Shown here: positions 15,511 to 25,606 of the stretch, one piece after another
Layout of the letters: every line of letters starts with the position of its first letter
How positions within the stretch are numbered: the first letter of the stretch is position 1
Virus record (IMG/VR): IMGVR_UViG_3300049924_000147
Span: 1-29,191 of that record
Reading direction: 5' to 3' (one strand)
Origin: a virus
Taxonomy: Duplodnaviria; Caudoviricetes
DNA: 29,191 nucleotides
Notes under the pieces: model-generated
What the model saw: the letters and a program-made list of their open reading frames with translations, nothing else
What the model was told of the DNA's origin: nothing
Databases searched by the model: none
Position numbers and translations under genes: made by a program

Positions 15511-16605
15511 ATGACCGATACAGCAATCGCCAACTTTTCACCAGGCGGCACAGCGCAAGCGACGGATCGCATAGCCGCTGTTCGTGCGCCGTTTATTGCC
15601 GGCAGTGATATTTATCTGACCCCGGCCGACATCGCCACTTATCTGCGGACGGCGCTGGTCGGGCCGGTAGGTATTGGCACTGGGTCGCCGAGTTCTACAT
15701 TGGAGGTAGTTGTAGAGAGCGGCATCGATGCAGCCGGAATAACTGCAACTACATATGGAGCAAGCGGCGGGGTTTTCCACGGACGAATAGCTGGCGGCAC
15801 AGAAGCAGCGCCGACGGCAGCAACAGCCGGAATGCTTGTCATGGGTATCGGCGGGCGGGCCTATGACGGGACAATATTCCAAGACCATTCGGCGTCAGCG
15901 CTGCATTGTATTGCGCTCGGCAATCAGACAGGTAGCAACTGGGGGCAGTTTATCCGCTTCTTGACGACACCGCTCAATAGCGTTACGCGCCGCGTTAATC
16001 AGGTCATGACTGGCGATGGCGTGTTGTGGTGTATGGGGCAAAATTCCACGTTCACGGACACGCTCTATGCGCAATACCAGCCGTTCAGCGCAGCCAACAT
16101 CAATTGCCCGCTGATGGTGAGCTCCGGCGATACTGTGGTCAGCAGCGTTGCTGTCGGCGTCGCAGGGTATGGCATTATATCGGCAGGGTTCCGCTCCGGT
16201 GTTGCCGGCGGGACGCCAGGCACCCCATCAGCTAGCCCTGCCGATCAAGTTCTCTGTTTCGTCGGTGGGCATGGCTATGATGTCGCGTGGGGCACCGGCA
16301 CCAAGGCAATTATCACATTCAACGCGGCTGAAACGTGGGCCGTGGGTGCGAATGGAACCTATATCACCTTCGGCACGACTCCGATTGGATCGACGGCGCG
16401 CGCTGAGGCGCTGCGGATCGACGGGCGCGGCAATGTCGGCATCGGTACGGCTTCGTTCGGTACCAGCGCGGCTCATGTTTTGGGGCTTGCGAATGCAACG
16501 GTACCATCAACCTCCCCAGCCGGGATGGGCCAGCTTTATGTTGAGGCGGGTGCGCTCAAATACCGGGGTAGCTCGGGGACAATAACGACTTTGGGAGTGG
16601 CTTGA
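15511..16605 (+). CDS. Fibre/spike protein with an internal duplication (364 aa)
   Basis: [14 protein letters not shown] and [12 protein letters not shown] fibre motifs; two AGGT..P...GG..YD...TTP modules; C-terminal [17 protein letters not shown]. Confidence 0.8.
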   Translation: MTDTAIANFSPGGTAQATDRIAAVRAPFIAGSDIYLTPADIATYLRTALVGPVGIGTGSPSSTLEVVVESGIDAAGITATTYGASGGVFHGRIAGGTEAAPTAATAGMLVMGIGGRAYDGTIFQDHSASALHCIALGNQTGSNWGQFIRFLTTPLNSVTRRVNQVMTGDGVLWCMGQNSTFTDTLYAQYQPFSAANINCPLMVSSGDTVVSSVAVGVAGYGIISAGFRSGVAGGTPGTPSASPADQVLCFVGGHGYDVAWGTGTKAIITFNAAETWAVGANGTYITFGTTPIGSTARAEALRIDGRGNVGIGTASFGTSAAHVLGLANATVPSTSPAGMGQLYVEAGALKYRGSSGTITTLGVA

Positions 16606-16782
16606 ATGCAAATGATTAAGTTGGAGCTTGACGAACAGCGCTTAAGAATTCTGTGCGGGCTGGTATCTCTGGCCGGTTCAAAGCTGGGGGATACGGCGAC
16701 CATGCTCGCCGCTGCAGAGATGCTGTCTTGGGTTCAGGCGCAGGCCAACGCGCAAGTGACACCAAAAGAAACGACCGTTTAA
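16606..16782 (+). CDS. Small helical protein (58 aa), probable fibre chaperone
   Basis: MQMIKLELDEQRLRILCGLVSLAGSKLGDTATMLAAAEMLSWVQAQANAQVTPKETTV; GGGAG RBS; abuts the fibre stop; below the ORF-track cutoff. Confidence 0.65.
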   Translation: MQMIKLELDEQRLRILCGLVSLAGSKLGDTATMLAAAEMLSWVQAQANAQVTPKETTV

Positions 16783-16784
16783 CG

Positions 16785-18293
16785 GTGGCGCCAAAACCCA
16801 TCAGTCTCGGATTTACTTCGAATCCTGGCCGCACGCCGACGGCAGGTTCAGCCAGGCTGACGAACTGCTACGCCGAGATTGCCGGCGACGAGCAAAAGGC
16901 TAAGGTGCAGGTGTGGGCCTCGCACGGGTTGGAGGTGTTATCGGAGTCGTCCTCGACTGACGGCACGCGCGCCATGATCGATGTTGATGGCGTGGTCTAC
17001 AAGGTGCGCGGCCGGCGGATTTACCGCTGCGAACCGGCGGCACTCGGTGCGGCAGAGCTGGACATCGGCGGCATTGCATCGGATGCGCCGGTTACGATGG
17101 CGCGCAATCGTCGCGCGGTGCCGCAGATCGGGGTGATGAGCCAGGACGGCAAATATGTGGTGATCGAGGCCGATGTCGCTACCGACTATTCGTCGGCCAT
17201 CCGGTCGGGCGCAAATTCGATCGCGTTCCTGGATGGTTTTTTCGTCTTCACTCACAATGACGGCTCGATCTCGCACACCAACGAGGATAACGCGACCGTC
17301 GCCGACGCGCTCGCCTTCGCAACTGCCGAAAGCTCACCCGACCCGGCAATTCGCGGCATGGTCAAGCAACGCGAGCTTGTGGCCTTCGGAACCAAGTCGA
17401 TCGAATTCCTGGGCAACGTCGGCACCGATCCGTTCGCGTTCGCGCGCAATCAGGCGGTGGATCTTGGCTGCGGCGCTTCGGGATCGTGTGCCCAGGTCGA
17501 CCAAACCATCATGTTCCTCGCCTCCGATCTGACGGTGCGCATCCTGAACGGCTATCAGGCGGTTAGGGTCTCAACTCACGCGATCGAGCGTGCGATCGCG
17601 GCCGAGCCCGACATCTCGACGGCGGTGGCGGTGACCTGGACGCGCGACGGGCATACCTTCTATTGCCTGTCGGGGGTGACGTTTTCCTACGTGTATGATT
17701 TGACGACGCAGTTCTGGCACAACCGCGAGAGCTACAACGATACGCGGTGGCTCGCTTCCTGCATCGTCGAAAGCGGCAAGGAGCTGATCGTCGGAGCCTA
17801 CAATTCGGGCACGCTCTATCGCATGAAGCGCGATGTCTACTCCGAAGGAGCGCGCCCGCTTATCTGCAAGATCATGCCGCCGCCGGTTCACGCCTGGCCA
17901 GAACGGGTCAGGATCGATGCGCTTTATCTTGACATCGTGCCCGGTGTCGGTACGGGGGCAACTGATGACAGCATTGGTGTCCTGTTGATGGCGGGGGCGA
18001 CAGGGCGCGTGCTTTTGGCAGGCGGTGGTGGCCATATCGGCTTGGCCGATGATCGGCTCGCTGCCGACATAGAACCCGAGGTAATATTGCGAACTTCCCT
18101 TAACGGCGGCGAATCGTGGTCGGCCGAGCGTCGGGCAAGGCTCGGTCGGCAGGCCGACCGCTTGCGGCGGGTGGTATTCCGGCGGTTGGGCGCGACCCGC
18201 CAGCACGGCATCGCGTTCGAGATTTCCTGTTCCGCCGCTGTGATGCGCGGGTTTCTCGGCGCCGCTGTTGATGCGGACAAGCTCGCGGCATGA
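16785..18293 (+). CDS. Tail hub / packaged-DNA stabilization protein, P22 gp10-like
   Basis: Start taken at GTG 16785; RLTNCYAE, FLDGFFVF, FATAESSPD, FGTKSIEF, RVSTHAIE, GHTFY, YDLTTQFWH, SLNGGESWS, FRRLG. Confidence 0.9.
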   Translation: MAPKPISLGFTSNPGRTPTAGSARLTNCYAEIAGDEQKAKVQVWASHGLEVLSESSSTDGTRAMIDVDGVVYKVRGRRIYRCEPAALGAAELDIGGIASDAPVTMARNRRAVPQIGVMSQDGKYVVIEADVATDYSSAIRSGANSIAFLDGFFVFTHNDGSISHTNEDNATVADALAFATAESSPDPAIRGMVKQRELVAFGTKSIEFLGNVGTDPFAFARNQAVDLGCGASGSCAQVDQTIMFLASDLTVRILNGYQAVRVSTHAIERAIAAEPDISTAVAVTWTRDGHTFYCLSGVTFSYVYDLTTQFWHNRESYNDTRWLASCIVESGKELIVGAYNSGTLYRMKRDVYSEGARPLICKIMPPPVHAWPERVRIDALYLDIVPGVGTGATDDSIGVLLMAGATGRVLLAGGGGHIGLADDRLAADIEPEVILRTSLNGGESWSAERRARLGRQADRLRRVVFRRLGATRQHGIAFEISCSAAVMRGFLGAAVDADKLAA

Positions 18294-18733
18294 AGCTCAA
18301 CGTCCCCGCGAGCGCCTGGGTTGATCCCAATCAGCACCGCGTCATGAAACAGATCGAGACGGCCGCGAACGCGGCTACGGCGGCACTGGCCGCACTACAG
18401 ACGCCGGCCGTCGAACAGGCATACGGCGAAATGATCTCGATCGAGTTTGCCGACAACAAGGCTTATACGTTCATAAAGTGGCCGTTCGCCTGGACGATCG
18501 ACAGCGTTACGACCAAATGCACGACCGGGACATGCACGGTCACGGTTTCGATCGACGGGGTGTCGCTTGGCGGTGCGGCGAATTCGGTATCGACGTCCGA
18601 AGTTACGCAGGCACACACGACGGCGAATGCGGTTGCGGTCGGCCAGGATATCGCGATCACGATCTCGGCGAATGCTGCGGCGGAAGGCGTTTCAGTGACG
18701 CTCACCGGTCGGCGATCGTTCGCGGTGCAGTAG
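18290..18733 (+). CDS. Tail-associated protein (short coiled coil plus beta domain; tail needle/plug-like by position)
   Basis: ATGA overlap with the gp10 homolog; KQIETAANAATAALAAL helix then WPFAWTIDSV...AVGQDIAITI. Confidence 0.55.
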   Translation: MKLNVPASAWVDPNQHRVMKQIETAANAATAALAALQTPAVEQAYGEMISIEFADNKAYTFIKWPFAWTIDSVTTKCTTGTCTVTVSIDGVSLGGAANSVSTSEVTQAHTTANAVAVGQDIAITISANAAAEGVSVTLTGRRSFAVQ

Positions 18734-19348
18734 ATGGGGATGCGGGTCATAGGCGGAGCGATTCCGTCGGTCAGCTACCGCACGACTGCGGCGGTCAGCG
18801 CTAGCGGATCATCGTTCACGTTCACTTCCCAGGATATCGGTACGGCGTCGGCGAAGCGCTATGTGGTGTGCGCCTATCGCGGTACCGGCATTGTATCGAG
18901 CGTCACCATCGGCGGCGTGACGGCAACGGCGCTGTCGACGTTCGGCCCGAACTTCTACATTGCGGCGGTGCCGACCGGAACGACGGCGAACGTGGTGGTC
19001 AATGTCACGGTCAACACCTCGCACGTCATCACCATCGCACTGTGGGCGGTCTACAATATCAGTTCACCCGCAGCCCAGGCGGTGACGACCTCGACGGCGT
19101 CGCCGGCAGCCTTGAGTCTCAATGTTCCGAGCCGAGGCATCGTCATCGCGGAAGCCTGTGGCGGCAACAACTCGGGCGGTACCTGGTCGGGCGCCACCGA
19201 GGATTTCGACCAGACGAGTTCGGTCAACGACATCCCGCGTACCGGGGCGAGCATCGCGGCAACCACGCCTGGTGCGCCCCGCACCGTGACCTGCACCTAT
19301 GGCGGCGTTCCCGCTTCCCCCCGCGCCGTTTCAATTTCTCTGAGGTGA
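18734..19348 (+). CDS. Beta-rich virion protein (204 aa), putative receptor-binding domain
   Basis: FTFTSQDIGTASAKRYVV, SSVTIGGVTAT, AAVPTGTTANVVV; Ser/Thr-rich. Confidence 0.65.
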   Translation: MGMRVIGGAIPSVSYRTTAAVSASGSSFTFTSQDIGTASAKRYVVCAYRGTGIVSSVTIGGVTATALSTFGPNFYIAAVPTGTTANVVVNVTVNTSHVITIALWAVYNISSPAAQAVTTSTASPAALSLNVPSRGIVIAEACGGNNSGGTWSGATEDFDQTSSVNDIPRTGASIAATTPGAPRTVTCTYGGVPASPRAVSISLR

Positions 19349-19352
19349 CCTG

Positions 19353-20015
19353 ATGTCGTTTTTTGGATCTCTCTTCGGCAACGACCAGCGCAAGGATATC
19401 GAGGCGGCCAACGCCAAGGCGACCGGCGCGTTGGCGCAGGGCAAGACCGAGGCGATCGGCTCCTACGGCCAGGCGAAGGGCTATTTCGACCCCTATGCCC
19501 AGCAGGGCGGGCGGGCGAACGCGCTTTATGGCGATGCGACGGGAGCGAACGGCGTGGACGCCTATCGCGGCGCCATGAGCCGCTATGCCGGCGCCGACCC
19601 GTTCCGCGATCAGAATGCCGACTATGCCAACAACGCCCTCATGCGGCAGTACAATGCGCGCGGCATGGGCAATTCGGGCAATGCCTCGCTCGCTGTAGCC
19701 AGAGCCCAGACCGAGCGCGGCGCCCAGGATTGGGGCAACTACCTGCAACGGCTGCAGGGCCAGGGCCAGCAGGGCTTGCAGGCGACGGGAGCCCAGGCCG
19801 GGCTACAGCAGGGCATCGGCGACATCCAGTCGGGCTTCGGCCAGCAGTCGGCGAGCAATGCCATCAACTACGGAAATGCGATGGCGTCCTCCCGCAACAT
19901 CGGGCCGCAGAACATGATGGGGCTGGCGGGCTTGGGAATGAAGGCGTTCGCGCCGGCCCCGGGCGGTTCGATGGCGAGCAACGCCTGGGGTTCTATCAAC
20001 AAGCTCTTTGGGTGA
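19353..20015 (+). CDS. DNA ejection/pilot protein, P22 gp7-like
   Basis: MSFFGSLFG N-terminus, FDPYAQQGGRA, G/A/Q/N-rich composition, NYLQRLQG; first gene of the ejection module; GAGGTG RBS. Confidence 0.75.
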   Translation: MSFFGSLFGNDQRKDIEAANAKATGALAQGKTEAIGSYGQAKGYFDPYAQQGGRANALYGDATGANGVDAYRGAMSRYAGADPFRDQNADYANNALMRQYNARGMGNSGNASLAVARAQTERGAQDWGNYLQRLQGQGQQGLQATGAQAGLQQGIGDIQSGFGQQSASNAINYGNAMASSRNIGPQNMMGLAGLGMKAFAPAPGGSMASNAWGSINKLFG

Positions 20016-20019
20016 CGCC

Positions 20020-21471
20020 ATGGCCCCGCCGCTGATGCAACTGCCCGCCTACCAGATCAACAACGCGCTGCTCGACTTCAAGCCGCTGAACGAGGGCGTC
20101 GACGCCTACCGGCAGGGCACGGAAAACGTGCGCCGGTTCGGCGTGGCGCAGGACGCCGGCAACGCGCTGATGAAAGGCGACTATAAGGGCGCGATGGGGA
20201 CCGCGCTCGCGGGCGATAGGGCCGACCTTGCGGGCTTGGCCATGCATGCACAGACGGCCGCGCAAAGCGCACAAGAACACGCAATGAATATGCAGCTCAA
20301 AGAAACGGAGCGCTTGGGGCGGATTGCCGAAGCGGCAGCCGAAGACCCGAACCCGCAGAACCGAGCCGCCGCGCATCAATACCTGATCAGCCGGCATCCG
20401 AAAAAAGATTCGCTGGACCCGATCTACCTCAACCCCGACACCGGGTTGAACCTGATGGCGGCCGAAGCCGGTAAGCACAAGTCGAAGCTTGAGCAAGAAT
20501 TGATGCGGGCGCAGATCAACCGCCTCAACGCGCAGGCCGGGGCACAGACCGCGCTTGCCAACGTGCGCGACGGCCGGTCGGCGCCGGAAGCGCCAGACCC
20601 ACTCAAAGGCTGGGGGATGGACGAGGACGGCAATATGATCCCCCCACGCGGTCCGGCAATTCCGCGCCAGCCCAATGCATTGTTTGGACCGGCAACCGCG
20701 CCCGATGCAGCACCGGCCGATGCGCCGCAAGCGGCGATGTCGCCGACCGTCGGCGCTGGTCGGTTTTCGCCGGGCGCGACCAAGGTTGCCGACAAGCGCA
20801 CGGCTGAGGACGATGCGGCCGACATCAAGGGCTTTGCCGATGACGGTGCGCAGCAGCGCTTGCAGTCGGCGCTGCAACGGCGCCGGGCACTCGAAGCAGC
20901 CTTCGGCAAGCCGCCGACGGGCAAGGCGTGGAACGACCAGGGCGGGCTTGTCGACCTGTCGGTGAAAGACACCGCCACCGAGCGCGCCATGCGCATGCAC
21001 GCCGCATCCGGCCAACAGGCGATCATCGAGGCCGAAAAGCTGCTCAATGACAAAGGCGTCCTGTCGCAGCTCGCAGGCGACACGTACAGCGTTCCCGGAA
21101 CGGGGATGAAAGTCGGAGGCTTCGGCGAAGCCGGTCGCGGCTTCAGGGCGGCCGAAAGTGCCGTGCTGCAGCTCAACTTTGCCTTGTCGGGCAAGTCGGT
21201 TTCGAACGCCGAGCGGCAGGAGTTCCAACGGCTCTACATGCCATCCGCGCTCGACAGTCGCGAGACGCAAAAATGGAAAATCGGCCAGATCAAGCAGTTC
21301 TTCCAGACCGTTCTCGACGCCCGCAAAAAGGGCATGGATGACGACCGGGTTGCCGAGCTTTATCGCCAAGCCATCGCCGAAGCGGCCAAGGGTGCGCCGG
21401 AGCAGCCGGCGCAACCGCGTCAGGTCGACCCCAAGGTGAAGCAGCTCTATAACAAGTATTGGCTAGAGTAA
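20020..21471 (+). CDS. Putative DNA ejection protein (483 aa)
   Basis: Start taken at ATG 20020; helical, A/Q/G-rich; SGKSVSNAERQEF; position equivalent to P22 gp20. Confidence 0.65.
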   Translation: MAPPLMQLPAYQINNALLDFKPLNEGVDAYRQGTENVRRFGVAQDAGNALMKGDYKGAMGTALAGDRADLAGLAMHAQTAAQSAQEHAMNMQLKETERLGRIAEAAAEDPNPQNRAAAHQYLISRHPKKDSLDPIYLNPDTGLNLMAAEAGKHKSKLEQELMRAQINRLNAQAGAQTALANVRDGRSAPEAPDPLKGWGMDEDGNMIPPRGPAIPRQPNALFGPATAPDAAPADAPQAAMSPTVGAGRFSPGATKVADKRTAEDDAADIKGFADDGAQQRLQSALQRRRALEAAFGKPPTGKAWNDQGGLVDLSVKDTATERAMRMHAASGQQAIIEAEKLLNDKGVLSQLAGDTYSVPGTGMKVGGFGEAGRGFRAAESAVLQLNFALSGKSVSNAERQEFQRLYMPSALDSRETQKWKIGQIKQFFQTVLDARKKGMDDDRVAELYRQAIAEAAKGAPEQPAQPRQVDPKVKQLYNKYWLE

Positions 21472-24400
21472 TGGCCGACTTTGACAAGATCCGCCGCAAC
21501 GTCAAGCGCATGGTCGACGGCCAGGCGCCGGAGGCGGAGATCGACTCCTACCTCGGATCGGAAGGAGTGACGCCGGACCAGTTGCGGGCAGCGCCCAAGG
21601 GGGCAGATCGCACGTTCGGCGGCGATCCCGACTTGCAGGGCGAATACAAGCTCGCAAAGCAGTTCACCAGCCCATTGCAGCGCCGCATTCTCGATAGTGC
21701 AATGATGGGCGGTGCTGACGAGGCGGTCGCAGGTTTGGGCGCCCTGGTCGAAACGCCGTTCTCGAAACGCTCGCTATCGGAAAACTACGACCGCAAGCTG
21801 AAAGTGCAGCGGGCACTCAGGGACGATGCGCGTTCCGAGCTAGACGGCGCGGCGGGCGTTGCCGCCGATGTCGTGGGCGGGTTCATGATGGCACCAGGCA
21901 GGGCGTTGCAGGGCGCCTCTGCGGTCGCTCGCACCGGCACCGAAACCATGGGGCAGGGGCTTCGCCGCATCGGCGGCGAGATCGCAGCCTCAACCCCGCA
22001 AGCGGCCAAGATCGGCGCAATCTGGGGCGGCGGCAATGCATTCCTCGGCGCCGACGGCTCACCTGATCCGAATGCCGGCATGGCGGAGAACTTCAGCACG
22101 CGCGCCGCCGCCGTGCCCGGCGGCGCAGTCGAGGGCGCGATTGCTGGACCTGCGTTCAACGCCTTGTTGCGCGGCGGACTTGGCGTGCGTGACGTGAGGC
22201 GCGGGCAGAACGCAGACCGTATCGACCGGCAGATGCTCAACCGCATGCAGTGGGAAGCGGAAGGCATGACCGCACCCGGCTATGCGATTTCGGAAAGCCC
22301 GTCAGTCAGAGCCACCGCACCAAGTCTTGCCGACAGCATCGTCGGCGGTTCCTTGCGCAATGACGCGGCTGCGCGCACGGCAGCGCTCGAAGCCCGCGCG
22401 CAAGGCTTGATCCGGCAGGAAACCGGCGGCGCCGCTTCGAACGATCTTGGTGAAGCCGTGCAAGGGTCGCTGCGTCGCAACCTGCACGAGTACGATATCC
22501 CGAACCGCGATGTTCGCGAGATGCCGACTGCCGATCTTGAGCGGATCTCCGGCCCGGTGACGCAAGAGGGCTTCCGCCCGCCGCGCCCCAACGTCGAGCC
22601 GGTGATGCCGCGCGAGGTGCCCGAGGTCACGCCGGAGCAGTTCAAGGCGCAAGGGTTGCCCGGTCGCGTGCCGCCGGCCGAGCCGCAGTTCGAACCGGTG
22701 CCGCATCGCAACATCCCTCTGTCGCCCGACTTGATGATGGCTGGGGCCGAGCATCAGGCCAAGGTGCGCAATTTCAACCGCAAGTATGAATCTGGCGCCG
22801 CCCATAAGCAGTCGGTTGAAGTCGCAACCCGGCCGCCGCAGACCATGCAGGAGCTTGAGGCGAGCGCGGTTGTCGCTCGATACAACAAGCTGCTCGAAAA
22901 GTATTCGAGCCGGTTCCCGGAAATGGCTCAGGCACAGTACGTGCCATCTTTCGAGATGCAAAGGGCGCTGCGGCGCGATCCTGCCATGGCGCGCGACTTT
23001 CAGCGCATGCAGTCGTTGCGGGAGCGGCACAATCAGCTTTCCGAAGAGCTTCGCCCGATGCGTGAGGAACACGCTGCGTTGCTCGCCGAACGCAAGGCGC
23101 TGGCGGCAAAAATAGAAGAGCACGTCAGTAAGCAATTCGTCGAGCAGAACCGCGCCGCGCACACCGAGGCCATGAAGGCGGCGGAGGCCGAGACGCTGCG
23201 CCAGAACGCGCGGGCTGAGACCGAGCACCGCCGCCTGCAGGCGGCGCAGGAGGCAGAACGCGACACGCAGGCCGCGCGTGATGCGGCCGAGCGGTCCTAC
23301 CAAGCGGAACTTGCAGCCAATCCGCACGGATTCCGGGTGGGTCGCACAAGGCACACTTACCCGACCGAGTTCGCCGCCGGCTATGAGCGCGTTTCCCGTG
23401 AAACGCCGTCTATACAACGCAATGTGCTCGGCCGCGATGGCGAGCCGCGCACCGCAACCGAGGGGCTGCTACACGACTTTGCCGCGACCGCACGGCGGCA
23501 GAACCAAGCCGCCGGTTACCGCAACGGCCAACTGTTCGGAGTTGACGGCTCGGTCATGCACCCGGGCGTCGCCCGTTACCTTGAACGCAACCTCGGTCCC
23601 GACATCGCCGGCCAGCTGCAGGCTTATGCGCAGCGCAGGGCGAAAGGCGGATTCAATCCCGGTATCGATGGCGTGCGGGATCTGCGGACGGCGGTTCGCC
23701 GCGCCGCCCAGGACGCAGAGCGCGGCACCATGCCGGGCGAGACGCGCACCACGGATGCGGCCATGCTGCGCCGGCTCGAAGGGGCGTTGAGCGAGGATCT
23801 GCACGCCTTCCAGCGCGAGGCCGGTCCGCAGGGCGAGCGCTCATCGCAGATGATGCGCGGCGTTGATACCGAATATGCTCGCGTCGCCGAGGAGCTGCGC
23901 CAGCCCCTGGCCCGCATCTACAGCGAGAAAACCGCGCCGGTCGACGCCATGAACAAGCTCGCGACGGCGGCCGAGAAGGGCGACACGCGCACGCTCTCGG
24001 CGTTCATGCGGGTGATGGCGGAAAAGGACAATCCGACCCGCGCCGCAACCGCGATCATCTCGCATATGACCGAGGGCGCGGGTTCCCTCGACAGCTTCGT
24101 GCGCGGTTACGGCAAAATCGCGCCGGAAAGCCGCGCCGTTCTGTTTCGCGGGTCGGAAGGCCAGGCACTACGCGCGTCCTTCGATCGCCTCGAAAACCTG
24201 ATGGGCCAGCTCCGCCGCTACCAGACCCCGATCGCGGGCGGCGGCGGTATCGATTTCACCCGCCGAGTCAACCTCATGCTGGGATTTGCTGCGATCTCGC
24301 ATCCGGCGAACGCAATGATGCTGGCCGGCGGCGGCGCGCTGCTGTCCCGGTTCATGGCCTCGCCCCGCTATGTCAACTGGCTGACTACGCTGCCGCGATC

Positions 24401-25244
24401 GATCGGACCGGCAGACCCCGGCAAAATGCAGTATGCAGTTGCAAGGCTGATCGCGCTCGCCGAGAGCGATCCAGACCACGCGCGCGGCAAGGCCGTCCTC
24501 GACGCAAGCAAAGATATGCTGCTGCCGTCACGCGCCAAGGCCGCGCCCCTGTCGCCGGCTGACCGAGCGCAGATCAAGCCGCTCGTCGAGCCGGTCGTAT
24601 TCGCCGGCAAGAAAGGGGCAACCGCCGACCTGAGCGCCTTGCGCAAGGCCGACGCCATGGAAGCGGGCGGAGCCGACAAGGCCGAGACTTGGAAGCAGAC
24701 CGGATGGGTCAAGGGTGCCGATGGGCAGTGGCGCTATGAGGTCGACGACAGCGCCGCCAAGGTATCGAAGTTCGGAACGGAAATCCTCGGCCAGGCCAAG
24801 GGTATCGCAACCAAGCTGGACGGCCTAGTTGCGCCGCTATCGATGATCCTCGACCACAAAGAGCTTTACCGGGCCTATCCCAAGCTCGCCAATATCCCGG
24901 TCGAGATCTACAGCGAAGCGGCGTTCCCTGCCATAAAGAACATGTGGGGTTATCTCGATCGCAAGACCGGGAAGATCGTCATCAACGCCGACAAGGCGTC
25001 GAGCGGATCTACCGACTTCCTGCACACCCTCCTGCATGAATTCCAGCATCGCGTGCAGCAGGATGAAGGCTTTTTCTATGGTCGCGAGATGGGCGGGATT
25101 TCGCCCGGCTACGACAAGCGACCGGGCGAGATCGAAGCCTATGATACCGGCAAGCGGCGCAAGCTAGATGCCGACCAGCGGCGGCTGAAGCTGCCGGCGA
25201 TCGTCGAGGATGCCAAGCAATTGGAATGGGCAGGAGCTAGGTAA
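21471..25244 (+). CDS. Large DNA ejection protein (1257 aa) with C-terminal LPD23-like domain and zincin (HExxH) metallopeptidase
   Basis: Start at ATG 21471 (TAATG); Gly/Ala-rich membrane-type segments; ETWKQTGWVKGADGQWRYEVDD; LDHKELYRAYPKL; TLLHEFQHRVQQDEGF; GEIEA. Confidence 0.8.
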   Translation: MADFDKIRRNVKRMVDGQAPEAEIDSYLGSEGVTPDQLRAAPKGADRTFGGDPDLQGEYKLAKQFTSPLQRRILDSAMMGGADEAVAGLGALVETPFSKRSLSENYDRKLKVQRALRDDARSELDGAAGVAADVVGGFMMAPGRALQGASAVARTGTETMGQGLRRIGGEIAASTPQAAKIGAIWGGGNAFLGADGSPDPNAGMAENFSTRAAAVPGGAVEGAIAGPAFNALLRGGLGVRDVRRGQNADRIDRQMLNRMQWEAEGMTAPGYAISESPSVRATAPSLADSIVGGSLRNDAAARTAALEARAQGLIRQETGGAASNDLGEAVQGSLRRNLHEYDIPNRDVREMPTADLERISGPVTQEGFRPPRPNVEPVMPREVPEVTPEQFKAQGLPGRVPPAEPQFEPVPHRNIPLSPDLMMAGAEHQAKVRNFNRKYESGAAHKQSVEVATRPPQTMQELEASAVVARYNKLLEKYSSRFPEMAQAQYVPSFEMQRALRRDPAMARDFQRMQSLRERHNQLSEELRPMREEHAALLAERKALAAKIEEHVSKQFVEQNRAAHTEAMKAAEAETLRQNARAETEHRRLQAAQEAERDTQAARDAAERSYQAELAANPHGFRVGRTRHTYPTEFAAGYERVSRETPSIQRNVLGRDGEPRTATEGLLHDFAATARRQNQAAGYRNGQLFGVDGSVMHPGVARYLERNLGPDIAGQLQAYAQRRAKGGFNPGIDGVRDLRTAVRRAAQDAERGTMPGETRTTDAAMLRRLEGALSEDLHAFQREAGPQGERSSQMMRGVDTEYARVAEELRQPLARIYSEKTAPVDAMNKLATAAEKGDTRTLSAFMRVMAEKDNPTRAATAIISHMTEGAGSLDSFVRGYGKIAPESRAVLFRGSEGQALRASFDRLENLMGQLRRYQTPIAGGGGIDFTRRVNLMLGFAAISHPANAMMLAGGGALLSRFMASPRYVNWLTTLPRSIGPADPGKMQYAVARLIALAESDPDHARGKAVLDASKDMLLPSRAKAAPLSPADRAQIKPLVEPVVFAGKKGATADLSALRKADAMEAGGADKAETWKQTGWVKGADGQWRYEVDDSAAKVSKFGTEILGQAKGIATKLDGLVAPLSMILDHKELYRAYPKLANIPVEIYSEAAFPAIKNMWGYLDRKTGKIVINADKASSGSTDFLHTLLHEFQHRVQQDEGFFYGREMGGISPGYDKRPGEIEAYDTGKRRKLDADQRRLKLPAIVEDAKQLEWAGAR

Positions 25245-25606
25245 TGGCAGCACAGCCGAATGCGCTTTATGACGATGCGCCGCCGGGACCGTCCGGCAAC
25301 GCGCTGATGCGCGAAAAGGAGCATCCGATCATCGCTGCAGCACGGCGGGCCGGCGCCGATCCTGATGCGATGCTGCAGGCTCGCGACTTGCGCGGCTTGA
25401 TCGAGGCCGCGATGAAAGGAAACCCGCAGCTCGGCACCGACCAGGGCATGCAGGTAGTCCAGGACTTCGCCACCGCCTTCAAGCGCAACTTCGGCATGAC
25501 CGAGCGCGAGCTACCGGGCTCCCGGCCGCCGGCCAACATGCCGAATGCATTGCTCGGGCCATCCGGCCTGCCACGTCCGCTGCAACGCGCGCCCGGCTAT
25601 GACTGA
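25244..25606 (+). CDS. Hypothetical protein (120 aa) with three NAL motifs
   Basis: TAATG coupling, AGGAG upstream; QPNALY, SGNALM, MPNALL. Confidence 0.7.
   Translation: MAAQPNALYDDAPPGPSGNALMREKEHPIIAAARRAGADPDAMLQARDLRGLIEAAMKGNPQLGTDQGMQVVQDFATAFKRNFGMTERELPGSRPPANMPNALLGPSGLPRPLQRAPGYD

Noticed and set aside
16653-16784. ORF-track N-terminal extension of the gp10-like gene (similar over-long starts at 1296, 4475, 10673, 21459, 25545, 28020)
   Set aside because: The extensions overlap better-supported upstream genes; starts were moved to coupled or RBS-supported codons.
2516-23417. Long minus-strand ORFs (2516-3286, 5412-6287, 7160-8062, 13367-14347, 19996-21414, 22302-23417)
   Set aside because: They are antisense shadows of well-supported + strand genes, expected in GC-rich DNA with strong codon bias, and show no recognisable motifs.
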